A stretch of 46,262 bases of DNA, taken from contig JALAGF010006020.1 of NCBI GenBank assembly GCA_030167865.1, positions 1 to 46,262 on the forward strand, in the 5' to 3' direction. The translations under genes and the position numbers were made by a program. Source of the stretch: Craspedostauros australis. Taxonomy: Eukaryota. Shown here piece by piece: positions 33,868 through 45,037 of this stretch (within the stretch, counting starts at the first letter, position 1; every line of letters starts with the position of its first letter). The notes beneath the pieces are model-generated. The model ran no database searches, was not told the origin of the DNA, and saw nothing but the letters and a program-made list of their open reading frames with translations.

Positions 33868-36800
33868 ATGGCAACGGGCGGAGACGAGGATGCTGCCGTG
33901 GCAAAGTACAAGGCCATGCGCCGATCATCGGACGCGTACGACAACATGAACAGCGCATCCATGGGCTTCCTGGGTGCTTCCAACACCAGGCAGCAGAAGG
34001 AGAAGCAAAACAAGAAGGCTGCCAACAAGTGGAGGCCCAGCAAGGGCAGGGAGGAACGTCCCAGTGATTGGCTGGGATCTCCTTCCGCGAAGAAGAGGCC
34101 TAGCTACAGGATCAAGGCGGTCATCGCTGCTCCAACTCTCGATGATAGCAACAGTGACAGCGACAGTAACAACGACAATGGCAACGGCAACGACAATGGC
34201 GATGACAATGGCGATGACAATGGCAATGATGCTGACAGTAATAGCAGTGATGGCAACCCAACCAAAGATAGGAAGGCCAACAGCAACAGCGGCAGCAATA
34301 TCGGCAGCAACAATAACAGGAACAACGGCAGCAACGGCAGCTCAACTTCGCGATATGGCTCCGCTCGTCAATCAAAACCCAAGTCCACTGCCAAGCCCAA
34401 TTCGTTGTCGGCATCGCCCAGGCCCACACGATGGCTGGGAGGTAGTGGCGGTGGAGAGACCATGACGCCAGGTCGCAAGTCATATCGCATCAAGAACGCC
34501 TCGAAGAACAGGCCCACAATCCCCAACTTGGATGACACGTCTGCGCCAGCAACGACAACAGCAACAACCAACCTGCCGTCTGCATCGTCATCATCCAACA
34601 ACAGCAGAAGAAGGGCATCATGGCAACCGCAACCGCAACAACCACCAGCAACAACCACCACATTGGATGCCCTGCTCTCTCCCGCCATGATGCCACACTC
34701 ACAGCGAAAGCTAACACCCTCCAACCATTCCAGGGCGAGTTTATCGACAGCTGGCAGCGTCTCCAACAGGGCCAGACGCACACCGCCATTGCCACCACCG
34801 CCACCGGTTCATGCGCCCGCCCGAACATCCATCACCACACCTGTGGCACCGCCCAAACGAGTCATCGGTCAGAGGAGGCAGAGCGAGAGCAACATCAGCA
34901 ACTCCAGCAATCACAGCGCGCTCGGTTCCTCATGGTCGTCCTCGATCATGGCATCGCCCATTCACAACCATGCGAAGCGGGCATCCATCGCAACCTCCTC
35001 ACCCACCACCTCGCAATCTCCAAGGCGGACCCACAGTCTGCAAATTGAAGCCAAGCGCAAGGAGGCCATCCGCTCCAAGCTTCTGCAGCAGCCAGACGCC
35101 AAGGTCACCCTCTCGTCGACCGTCAAGAAAAAGGAAAAGATGAACAGAACCAAATTCGTCGCTGCGTACGCTGCCTTCGAAGACAAGCCGAATCCCTTGT
35201 CCTCCAGCAGCCACCATCGCCATCATTCCGTGCCAATCCAGAGCTCGCTGCCATCGGCATTCGCCCACCTTGCTCCCATCACCAACCTCAAATCCTCCAT
35301 GCCGACAGGCAGCGCGCATTCGGACAGGACGCCGCCTCCACCTCAAATCCCATCGCCGCGCATGCCACCACGTCAACGACCGTCGCCCTCCGACCACGAC
35401 GCGCCCGTGACGCCTGTTCCCAGACCAAAGAACACGGTGGGCAGGAACGCGAAACAGCAGTCCTACCTCAAGGGCGCCCCATCCCCGCACCGCATCATCT
35501 CCCCACGACCGGGTGCGCCGAGATCCTTCTACATACCGGCCAACTTCCAGGAGCTCCGCAAGAGGCTGCGGCAGCGTAAATCAAACGAAGCAGAGCTGTC
35601 GCAACTCACAGACATCATCGACAACCTCCGCAAGGTCCCCGACCTCGCGGCCATGATGTCCCTGTCGCATCATTCCCTGTCCTCCATCACCGAACCATCC
35701 AAATCGCGCGAGCAGGCATCCGAGATCCTAGAGATCATCCGCAAGCTGCGGCACGTCGAGCTCAACCCACCCAAGAAACGTCGCTCTTCTTCTGTCAAGC
35801 GCGTCACCAGGACCATCAGCGACTCCACCTTGGACACTGACGACGATGACGATGATGACATCTCCATGACGGTCCTCAAATCGCTCGAGTCTGGTACCGT
35901 CGACAGATCGTCTCGCAGTTCCAACAGAAACAACGACAACAACAACAACACCTCCGACGACAGCGCCGACAACGATGGTGGCGAGGCCCTGCTTTCCGAC
36001 GGAACATCCGGAAATCTCCAAACGCACGTCAAGGAACTGGCTGGTATCGTCGGCAATCTGCGCAAGGTCGGGGCGCTCGAATCCATGACGGACACAGAGC
36101 TGGGGCAGATGCAGAATATCGTCGATCAGCTCGATTCCGTTCAACAGCGGCTGGACGACCGTCTCTACGAGGCCAAGCAGCTCTCCAAGGTCTCCACCAA
36201 GCTACACAGCATCAAAACCTCCAAGTCACCCGCCATCGATGAGATCATCGCCGAGGCGCTGCGCAAGCTCAAGCGCATTCGCCCCAAGCTCTGCGATCAG
36301 GATGAGGACGACACCATGAAGTGCATCAAGATGCTGCGGAAGCTCCAGGCGGCCATGAACAAGCGCGAAGAGGAAGAATTGGCAATGCTCATTGGACAGC
36401 TTCCAGCCTACACGGCAGGTGGAGGTGACGACGATGATGACGACGATGACAATGACAATGAGGTTGATGAATTCCATGGCGACAGCCATGACGACAATGG
36501 GCCTTCCTCAAATGATGCAGCCGGCACGGGAGGTTCCAAGCTGCGCAGATCGGATGTTCGTGAATTGGCACATGTCCTGGCCGAACTCAAGATGATGGGA
36601 CAGGCACCACCCAACACTTTCTATCACGGTCGCGTGGACAGCAACCTCAGCAACGACAACAGCGCTGCTGGTGGAAACGAGGGTGGCCGTGTGGGCGGAA
36701 GCACGTTGAACACGAAGCATTCTGACTTTTTGACCAACGCCATCCGCCGTCTCAAGCGCATTCAGATGACCAAGCGGCAGGCGAAGGAGACTGCCAACGT

Positions 36801-39507
36801 CGTGCGCAAGATGGGCATCGCGGACGATGACGATGACAACAGCAGCACGGCAACCGATGAGGACATACACCAGCTGCGCGATGTCATCCTCAACCCGCGC
36901 GATGCCAAGGAGGTCATGCACATCCTGCGCGGGTTGCGTCGCAGCATCCAAATGAACCAGAAGGAGGCCAATGATCTCGCCGACATCATCGACACGCTGG
37001 TCGGCAAGGCGACCCAGAACTACCAGGATGACATCGCCGACGCCATCGGTCGGTTGAAAAAGGCAAAGCTGTTGCCACGCGAGGCCAGTGAGGTTGCGAA
37101 GATCTTTGTGGACCTGCGCAACCTGAGGAAGCCAGGCAGCAGCAAGCGCGTCACTTTCAAGGACACTCCAGAATACCGCTACTTGACGGAGTACGTCGAA
37201 GATGATGACAAGATGGAAGAAATCTCGGACACATTGGAGACCCTTGCCAACGTGGATGGACTTCCCGACAATGTCCTCGGTCAGTACGGCGACATGGTGG
37301 CAGACTTGGGGCACGACCCGGATGAAGACGATGATGGCGCAGAAAGCGCTGCATCTGGGCGACATGGCAGAGGGCAACGTCCCCAAACCATCGCCGATGC
37401 CATCGCGTCGCTTCGCAAAGCCAGCATCAACGCCAAGCAGACCAAGGAGGTTGCCAAGATCATGGTCAACCTACGCAAAACGAAGAAGCCGCCACAGGGC
37501 AACCGGCGCTTCCAAGACACTCCGGAATATCACCATCTGCTGGACGTCGTCAAGGATGATGACACTGCCGATGATATCGCGGAGATTCTGGAGGCCTTGG
37601 ATGACGACGACACGGCGGATATGGAGGAGTGCGCGGCAGAACTGTTGAAGGTCCAAACGGTGCCGGAGGCCATCGATCGCATCCAGTCCAACGATCTGAC
37701 ACCAAAGCAGATTAAGGGAGTCGCTGGGCTCGTTTCCAGCTTGCGCGCCACTGATGACGACGCTGGCGGCGATGACGACGATGACGACGATGACGATGGC
37801 AACAACATCGTCAATGGCAATGGCAACGGCAATATCAATGGTAGAACGCCATCAGGCAAGCGCGTGCGATTCCGCGACACTCCCGACTACCACTACATGT
37901 ACGAAGCGCTGGCAGACGGCGACGACGAGGTTGCGGATGATCTCAATCAAGTGATGGAATCGTTGCAAGATGAGGACCGTTTCGACGATGACGATCTGCA
38001 GCAGTGCGCCCGCGGATTGCTGGATGGCATTCCTGCCATCATTACCATCCCGAGCGCAGTCGGACGCATGTTGCAGAACGACATGAACCCAAGGCAGAAA
38101 CGCGACGTGGCTGGCATCATCGCCAACCTACCCCCCATCAAGAAAGGCAAGAAAAAGAAAAAGAAACGCGTGCGATTCAGCGACACCATCGAATGCCGCT
38201 ACATCCAGGAGGAGCTATTTGCAGACGATCCGGCCGCCGCTGATGACTTGGGTGACATCATCGGCGAGATTCAGAGCCGCTTCGGCAGAGACGATCTGCG
38301 CGAGTGCGCCAATTCCTTGTTGGGCATTCCTGAGATCATCACCATCCCTCAGGCGGTGAGCAGCATCCAAAGGGCGGATCTGACTCCAGAAGAAACACGC
38401 AAGGTCGCAAACATCATTGTCGGACTTCGTGACGACGACGACGAGAATGACGGTGGCAAATCCAGTGGTACGAGCACCGATATGCATGATGACGACAGCA
38501 AGTCCAAATCCAAGAAGAAGAAGAAGTCAAAGTCAAAGAAGCGAGTGCGATTCCGTGACACGCCCGAATACCGATATCTGTACGAAGCCTTCGACGATGG
38601 CAACAACAAGACTAGCAATGGGAATGGAAAGAAACCATCGCACACGGAAGAACAGCAGGAAGAACGCATTGAAGGTATTGCGGATATTCTGGAGGGCCTC
38701 AAGAGCAACGACAAGTTCAAGGGCGACGACATGAAGGAATGCGCCGACATCCTGACGGGGTTGCTGGGCGCAAAGTCGTTTGAAGATGACAGCGACGAGA
38801 GCGACGCGCCGCTGGTGGAGGTTGAATACGAGAAGGGCAAGCCGAGGATGGTGCTGAATGTGCCAAAAGGAGCGAAGGCAAAGTCCATCGACACCCTGTC
38901 GGTCGACGACAGCGTGGAAATATCCGACGTCGAGGATTACGAAGTCGCCAGCAGCGACGATGACGACGATGACTACGTCGCGGAGTTGGTGGACACCCCG
39001 AAGGATCGTACTTTCGATGGTGGTGACAGCATCGACACGAGCGTGGAGTCGCCGCTTCCGGAGTCACCGAAGAAGAAGTCGCATCGCAAGTACCACTACC
39101 GCCGATTCGGCAGCCACGACGACACCAACAACGACGGCTCATCATCCAACGATGACGATGGCGAGGATGAGGACTCCGATGAGGAGGAGACAGAGGAGCG
39201 CCGCATCGTGTTCGTCCAACGTCACCATTGGAAGCACAAGAAGCACAACAAGACGGTGCTGGGAGACCGGCGGTATTGGAAGGCGAACGCGTTCGGCGCG
39301 GACGAGGTGATCTACAGCCCCCTGACGATGGAGCAGGTGGGACGCCGCAAGAAGGTGAACCAGGCCTTGCTGAGGTCCATGGCGAGCCTGGACGATGACG
39401 ATGAGGATCAGCGGATTGACGAGATGGAAGAGAAGGCGTCGGAGAAGATGGATATATTGGATCGCAGCAACCACAGCTCGTCGAAGGTCCGGTATCGACG
39501 CGCATGA
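33868..39507 (+). CDS. 1879-aa scaffold-like protein: disordered Pro/Ser-rich N-half, WH2-like helices, five helical repeats with RVxF-type motifs, acidic tail
   Basis: Intronless 5.6-kb ORF, first ATG at 33868 (MATGG). Internal repeat with core KRVRFxDTPEYRYL; helix+LRKV/LRHV/LRKT motifs. Confidence 0.92.
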   Translation: MATGGDEDAAVAKYKAMRRSSDAYDNMNSASMGFLGASNTRQQKEKQNKKAANKWRPSKGREERPSDWLGSPSAKKRPSYRIKAVIAAPTLDDSNSDSDSNNDNGNGNDNGDDNGDDNGNDADSNSSDGNPTKDRKANSNSGSNIGSNNNRNNGSNGSSTSRYGSARQSKPKSTAKPNSLSASPRPTRWLGGSGGGETMTPGRKSYRIKNASKNRPTIPNLDDTSAPATTTATTNLPSASSSSNNSRRRASWQPQPQQPPATTTTLDALLSPAMMPHSQRKLTPSNHSRASLSTAGSVSNRARRTPPLPPPPPVHAPARTSITTPVAPPKRVIGQRRQSESNISNSSNHSALGSSWSSSIMASPIHNHAKRASIATSSPTTSQSPRRTHSLQIEAKRKEAIRSKLLQQPDAKVTLSSTVKKKEKMNRTKFVAAYAAFEDKPNPLSSSSHHRHHSVPIQSSLPSAFAHLAPITNLKSSMPTGSAHSDRTPPPPQIPSPRMPPRQRPSPSDHDAPVTPVPRPKNTVGRNAKQQSYLKGAPSPHRIISPRPGAPRSFYIPANFQELRKRLRQRKSNEAELSQLTDIIDNLRKVPDLAAMMSLSHHSLSSITEPSKSREQASEILEIIRKLRHVELNPPKKRRSSSVKRVTRTISDSTLDTDDDDDDDISMTVLKSLESGTVDRSSRSSNRNNDNNNNTSDDSADNDGGEALLSDGTSGNLQTHVKELAGIVGNLRKVGALESMTDTELGQMQNIVDQLDSVQQRLDDRLYEAKQLSKVSTKLHSIKTSKSPAIDEIIAEALRKLKRIRPKLCDQDEDDTMKCIKMLRKLQAAMNKREEEELAMLIGQLPAYTAGGGDDDDDDDDNDNEVDEFHGDSHDDNGPSSNDAAGTGGSKLRRSDVRELAHVLAELKMMGQAPPNTFYHGRVDSNLSNDNSAAGGNEGGRVGGSTLNTKHSDFLTNAIRRLKRIQMTKRQAKETANVVRKMGIADDDDDNSSTATDEDIHQLRDVILNPRDAKEVMHILRGLRRSIQMNQKEANDLADIIDTLVGKATQNYQDDIADAIGRLKKAKLLPREASEVAKIFVDLRNLRKPGSSKRVTFKDTPEYRYLTEYVEDDDKMEEISDTLETLANVDGLPDNVLGQYGDMVADLGHDPDEDDDGAESAASGRHGRGQRPQTIADAIASLRKASINAKQTKEVAKIMVNLRKTKKPPQGNRRFQDTPEYHHLLDVVKDDDTADDIAEILEALDDDDTADMEECAAELLKVQTVPEAIDRIQSNDLTPKQIKGVAGLVSSLRATDDDAGGDDDDDDDDDGNNIVNGNGNGNINGRTPSGKRVRFRDTPDYHYMYEALADGDDEVADDLNQVMESLQDEDRFDDDDLQQCARGLLDGIPAIITIPSAVGRMLQNDMNPRQKRDVAGIIANLPPIKKGKKKKKKRVRFSDTIECRYIQEELFADDPAAADDLGDIIGEIQSRFGRDDLRECANSLLGIPEIITIPQAVSSIQRADLTPEETRKVANIIVGLRDDDDENDGGKSSGTSTDMHDDDSKSKSKKKKKSKSKKRVRFRDTPEYRYLYEAFDDGNNKTSNGNGKKPSHTEEQQEERIEGIADILEGLKSNDKFKGDDMKECADILTGLLGAKSFEDDSDESDAPLVEVEYEKGKPRMVLNVPKGAKAKSIDTLSVDDSVEISDVEDYEVASSDDDDDDYVAELVDTPKDRTFDGGDSIDTSVESPLPESPKKKSHRKYHYRRFGSHDDTNNDGSSSNDDDGEDEDSDEEETEERRIVFVQRHHWKHKKHNKTVLGDRRYWKANAFGADEVIYSPLTMEQVGRRKKVNQALLRSMASLDDDDEDQRIDEMEEKASEKMDILDRSNHSSSKVRYRRA

Positions 39508-40040
39508 GGACCAACGGCTGCACGGGAACGCCGTTACTCTACTCTCCATTGCACTCTATGTGATTTAATGTTATGGCATGGCGTGGATGTAACGTGGATG
39601 TAACGTGGATATAAAGTTGAACAGATGAACACGTGAACAGACGAATAGAGAGTTGTGACTGGTGTGTTCTGTTGGGAGAGTATCTGTATTCTTACCCAAG
39701 AAAGGCGATGAGCTGTTCGATCCTGGACTTCAGGTGCACGGTAGTGCATGGTATTGTTCGCTCTGCTAGCTGTAGAATACGGTGATTTTCCTATTGAATG
39801 CACTTGTTCTAAGCGTGCTTGCATGCAGTTCTCTATGGCATGTTGTATGGCGTGCGTGTTCACCATGATACTGCGTAGGAGAATAGAATGTATGAGTGGT
39901 CTAGTACTCCTCATGTAATTTGTCGAGCCTGTTACCATAACATTTGTTCATCTTTGTTGTAAAGTCTGGGATGCCAAGTCTGGGATGACAGAGTAATGAT
40001 CGCTTTGCCCCCGGTGATGCATCGCACGGAGGGATGCAGC

Positions 40041-41282
40041 TCATCCGGATGTGCGCTTGCGTTCTGGCTTGGACAATGGCCTTGGGCGCGCGATGGGGTG
40101 CCTTGGATTCCATCGATTCGCGTCGGAGTTGGTCTCTTCCGTCCCAGTGTCGCTGTCCGTGGCATCACGATGCTGCCGCGGCTGGTGGTTGGAGGGGAGG
40201 TTGATGGTGAGATCGTTGATACTCTCCTGTCGGATCTCCAGCGCTCTCAAGCGCCTGTGCAACGCCGAGGATCGCTGCTGTTGCTGCTGTTGCTGGTATT
40301 GTTGATGGTGATGATCGCTGTCATCGAAGGAAGTGTCCTGCTCGTCCATGAGCGTCAACTCGACGGGCAGGGTGAGCTCGGAGACTGCCGATTGTATGCT
40401 CCATGTCGAGTCGTACTGCGGAAGCGTGACGTTGGAACCGCGTCGTTTGGGTTGCTGCGGGGTTGTGCTGTTGACGCGGTAGGATGGAGGGCGGGTGGCG
40501 AGCGTGGGCCTGTTGGGAGGCGTCACGAGCGATCTGGCGTTTGCGCTTGCATTTGCGCTGTGTCTGGCATCTCGTGTGCCGCGCATGGTGGCGTGTGGCG
40601 TTCGTTCCCTGCTGTCGTCGTTGGTGAGGGTGTCACAGTCATCCTTATCGTCAGTATCGTCGTCGCAATCATAGTCTTCCTCATCGATTGCCTCCTCGAG
40701 CTGATCGAGGACCTGCTCGTAAGATGAGCTGGTGATGCTGTAACGGATGGACGCCTGCCTTCTGCTTGGTCTGGGCACTTCGTCGCGCTTGACGTGTTTG
40801 TTATTGTTGCTGCTGCCTTGGAGGTTGAACGAGTTGTGATTGGCGTTGATGTTGTTGCCATCGTTGTTGCTGATGTTGTTGACGATTGCTGTGTCTCCCG
40901 AGTTCTCTCCCGAGCTGGCTGATCTTGCAACGTGAGAAGACGTGAGAGGGCGAAGGGAATTGCTGCTGCTGTTGTTGTTGTTGTTGTTGTTGGATGAGGC
41001 GGAGGCGGATGTGGAGGATCCAAAGCTCCATCTATCAGCGACGATGGGAGCATCTAGCGCCTCGTCGGCATCATGGACATCATGTACATCCGGGTATTTG
41101 CCTTGGGCCTTGTGATGGCGCAAGGCCGTTGAGGGAGTGGAGGAAAGAGTGGAGGTGGAAGAGCTGATTGTTGTTGTGGTCGCCGTAGCCGTTGCCGCAC
41201 TCATGGTGGTCGTCGCACTGGAACGATCGCGGGGTTGGATGGTTGCCGCTGCTTCTGTGATTGTCATAGTTGTTGCCGTCAT
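40041..41282 (-). CDS. Hypothetical low-complexity/disordered protein, 413 aa
   Basis: Long ORF with an ATG; poly-N, poly-Q and poly-T runs; basic phosphosite-like motifs (RRQAS, RRGS); short SAVSELTLP segment. Convergent with the 1879-aa gene. Confidence 0.55.
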   Translation of the reverse strand: MTATTMTITEAAATIQPRDRSSATTTMSAATATATTTTISSSTSTLSSTPSTALRHHKAQGKYPDVHDVHDADEALDAPIVADRWSFGSSTSASASSNNNNNNNSSSNSLRPLTSSHVARSASSGENSGDTAIVNNISNNDGNNINANHNSFNLQGSSNNNKHVKRDEVPRPSRRQASIRYSITSSSYEQVLDQLEEAIDEEDYDCDDDTDDKDDCDTLTNDDSRERTPHATMRGTRDARHSANASANARSLVTPPNRPTLATRPPSYRVNSTTPQQPKRRGSNVTLPQYDSTWSIQSAVSELTLPVELTLMDEQDTSFDDSDHHHQQYQQQQQQQRSSALHRRLRALEIRQESINDLTINLPSNHQPRQHRDATDSDTGTEETNSDANRWNPRHPIARPRPLSKPERKRTSG

Positions 41283-43048
41283 GTCTTTCTGGGAGTTGCT
41301 AGCTCCGTAAACGTTGCTGACTGTGCGATTGATGATGATGTTGGGCTGTTGTTTTCAACTTTGATGATGTGAGATGCACTTGTTGCGATGCTCTGGTGTT
41401 CTGTTCAACTTTGTGGTGAGAAAGTGTTGTGATGTGGTGTACTGTGATGTATTGTGATGTATTGAGCCCCGATAAATGTTGAAGAGCGATGGGGAATGAT
41501 GTGTACGAAGTGATGAAACTTGACGGGCTCGTTGAAGCAGTTGATGAAGCTTATGACGAAGCTTATGACGAAGCTGATGCAATGGAGATGGTCTCCCTTG
41601 AAGAACGATTCCCAATGCAAGTGTATGGTGGTATCTGCAAGGTGGAGGGATACGTGGTTGATCTGTTGTTGATCTGCTGATGATGTGATGTTGATGTGCC
41701 CCTGCACAATTGCTCCACCTTCCCCTCTTTCCTTGCTTCTTCTTTGGGTGTGTTGTGACTGTTGTGACTGTGGTGACTGTTGTGACTGTGTTGTGGCTGT
41801 GTTGTGGCTGCGGATCTGGAGTGCTTTGACTTCCTGCTTGATCTGTGCTCCTGGTGCTGGTCTGCGATGTTATTATTGATCTGCAGGTGTGATTGATGTG
41901 GAGTAAAAGCTACTCTATCCTCTATCGGTTGTCGCTGCTGGAACTATCGCTGTGATGATGTGTGATGTTGTTCTGTTTGGCGCTTCTGTCGACAGTTGCA
42001 CTGCTCTGCTGCGCTGCTCTGTTGTGGTGGGTTCCGATCTTTTGCCCTGTTGTGACGGTGCTTGTGTTGCTACTATCGCAGAGTGGAGGTGCTGTGCAGT
42101 GTTCCTGCGAAGATGGGCTGATGTGATGAATCGATGGATGAATCGATGGACGAATCGATGGATGCGTGAGGTTCTGCCCAAAACAAATCTTTAGTTTGGT
42201 GTGGGTTGTTCTGTTTCGTCTCTTTTCTTTTCTGCAACTCCTCACGTGTGGTAACGGCGACGTCTCACTCGCTGCTTTGGTAGTCGTCGTGCGTCGTTCA
42301 ACTATTCTCGTTTGTCGTCGATTTATGCGAACTGTCGCATCGCGCGAGGAAGGCCCAAAACAATCAGACACGTCGTGGGTAGTACCTCACACCGATACGG
42401 CATTCGTCCTTCCATGCCACCTTTGCTCCATGCAATCTTGCATCGCCACCACATCGTACTACCTTGTATTCCGTGTTGTTGCGGCATCCATTTTTGTCGT
42501 TGCGCTGAGTGAACGCAACCAATCGTGTCCAAGACACAGCGTGGGATCACCTCATGCCACGACCAACACGCCGCTTTCCACGAATTTGGATGGGGGCTTA
42601 TCTTCCAGTTCGTGAATGCCCGTTGGGACTTCTCCCACATCGATACTTTGTTGGAATATCACCATCGTCGACCACCTCGAATGCTTGGAGATGTCGTATT
42701 TCGTGTCTGTCGCCAAAAAGATACCTCCAAGCGGTCGTCTGGGTCGAGCCTATCTTGGTCTTGTCAAGAACAGTTTCGATCTTTGCGAGGCGAACATGTT
42801 CAACCCTTTTCCCTCTTCTCCACCACCACCTGGCACAACACATCACAGGATCGTGGACGCTGTCGAAGAACGGCTGCGGCAATGGCGATCATGCCACTCT
42901 GGGATACTGAGTACTCTCCCTCTTGCTCTGCTTTGGAGCTTTGGCAAGACGGACATGCAAGACGTCTGATCCGACACACCTAAAGCCACACTCAATCCAA
43001 CTGCTGCCTCCAAGCTTTCCAGCCAACACACCGGCGTCAGCGATCACA

Positions 43049-44287
43049 ATGAGGGCATCAAGCCACCAGCAGAAGCAGCAGAAGCAGCAGCGCCAGCAGC
43101 AGAATGGACTGCGAGTAGTATCTCGAGGCCGTTCGATTGCGCTTCCCGTGACAGTGGCCGTCGCTTGCCTCTGCTGCGCCTCATCTGCCGTTCTTGCGGA
43201 GGCATTCGCACCATCGGCGCTCAATTCCGTGGCCTTTGGTTGTGCCTCCTTCAACGCAGGAAGTTCCACGCGTCAATGGATGGCCTTTGGTCTGCCAGAT
43301 GAGTTGCCGCCAACGTCCGCATCAACGTCTGCATCAGTGACTGAAACATCAACGACTGACACATCAACGACTGAGGCAGATGCAACATCATCAATTGCGG
43401 ATGAAACGCTGGAGTCGCTGACGAAGAAGCTGGATCGATCTGCCACAACAGGCAAAACATCCCCCAAGCCACCCAAGGACAACAAGGCCATGCAGTTCCT
43501 CAAGAAGATCGGCAAGGTGGGCGGCGCTGCCAACAAGAGCTTCGTCAACGCGGTGGGATCTGACGAGGGCTCCACCGGAAGGCAGCCGGCTGCAGCTCGC
43601 GGCAAGAACCAACCGGAATCCGAGATTGGCGCCGGCATCCAGAAATCAAAGCTGGCCTACATCGAATGCACCAAATCCGGCATCATCGACGACCTCACGC
43701 AGCCCTTCCCCGTCACGACATGCGGCAGGGAGTGGAGGGGCATCTCCGATCGCGTCATGGGAGGGGTCTCCAATGGCGTCATCCGTCGCGAGCCCGATCT
43801 CCATGGCCGTCCTGCCAACATCCTCACGGGGCAGGTGTCGCTGGAGAACAACGGCGGCTTCCTGCAGATGGTCACCGATCTGGCCCTCGATCCTTCCACC
43901 AACTCCGTCGATGCATCCGACTACGATGGCATTGAGATCGATGTCCTCTACCGTCCACCTGTTGACAGCGACAGCGACATTGAAAATGGCGGTGAGAGTG
44001 ACAACAGCAGCGCGAAGAAACTGCAGAATTCCTTCAACGTCCACCTCCGCACCCCGGGCACACTGCAGCAGGCATCCTATCGCCACACGTTCCAAATTGA
44101 CGAGCCGGATGCCTGGGAGACCATCCGCATTCCGTTCTCCTCCTTTCAGGGATACAGCGGCAGATCGGGCATGCCCTTGCCACCCCTGGATATCTCGCAG
44201 TTGCGCCGCATCGGCATCGTGGCCATCGGCCAGCAGATGGAGTTATTTCTGGCTGTGGGTGGTGCCAGGTTCTATTCTGTCATCTGA
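43049..44287 (+). CDS. Plastid-targeted CIA30 (NDUFAF1-like) domain protein, 412 aa
   Basis: WRGISDRVMGGVSNG, GQVSLENNGGFLQ, WETIRIPFSSF and LD...LRRIGI are CIA30 family motifs. Hydrophobic segment ending AEA-FAP matches the ASAFAP plastid motif. First ATG at 43049. Confidence 0.9.
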   Translation: MRASSHQQKQQKQQRQQQNGLRVVSRGRSIALPVTVAVACLCCASSAVLAEAFAPSALNSVAFGCASFNAGSSTRQWMAFGLPDELPPTSASTSASVTETSTTDTSTTEADATSSIADETLESLTKKLDRSATTGKTSPKPPKDNKAMQFLKKIGKVGGAANKSFVNAVGSDEGSTGRQPAAARGKNQPESEIGAGIQKSKLAYIECTKSGIIDDLTQPFPVTTCGREWRGISDRVMGGVSNGVIRREPDLHGRPANILTGQVSLENNGGFLQMVTDLALDPSTNSVDASDYDGIEIDVLYRPPVDSDSDIENGGESDNSSAKKLQNSFNVHLRTPGTLQQASYRHTFQIDEPDAWETIRIPFSSFQGYSGRSGMPLPPLDISQLRRIGIVAIGQQMELFLAVGGARFYSVI

Positions 44288-45037
44288 TCATATCTCCGAG
44301 ACGACTATTGTACGCATACCCGAAACGAGCAACTTCGACTGATCTCGATCAGATTTCATGCAATTGGATTTGGAGGAACTTTGCGACATCGTCGTCATCA
44401 GCATCATTTTATCACGGAATGTATTATGTATCAGTCAAGTGGATTATGGTATGGTATGGTACGTACCAGAGCATTGCACTCATTACACTCTAATGTTGGC
44501 AAGTACGGTACTCTACCTTCATACTCTCTCTCTCTCTCTCTCTGTGAAGAGAACGATTACCATTGCTGCGCTCTTCACTTTCCATTCAGTCTAGTCGCCG
44601 CGGTTCTTTGTACTCAATGCGCAAGGTTGATGAGAAGACGTATTTCAGTCACGAGTGTTTTTCGTGACACCTTTTCATTGGGTCATTTGTTGACAACCAC
44701 CCAACAACAAAAGGTATCCAGTCAACATCAACCACAACGTCGCTGTTGGTACCTACGAGCTATGACCTGTGTGTTGTGCACTGTGTGGTGATCGTTTGGT
44801 CTGTGCTCTCTCTACCATGTCTTCTACTGTGACCATGGATTGGATCGTTGGGTGACGACCTCCTTCACCTCCTCTGGTTCTCCCCTCCTCCTGAACCTGT
44901 TTCGTCATAGTCTTGATTGCGATCAAGGGCCTTTGGTACCCTTTCTACCTTGCATCGTTCTTGTGGAGCTTCACGTCCACATCATCATCTATCCATTGGT
45001 CAATCCATTGATCAACACATACGTTGAGTAGCTTGAG

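Noticed and set aside
41300..43000. Short ORFs and simple repeats (tgtgac, gatgaa, atcgatgg) between divergent genes
   Set aside because: Typical low-complexity intergenic/UTR sequence with no supportable coding or RNA feature.
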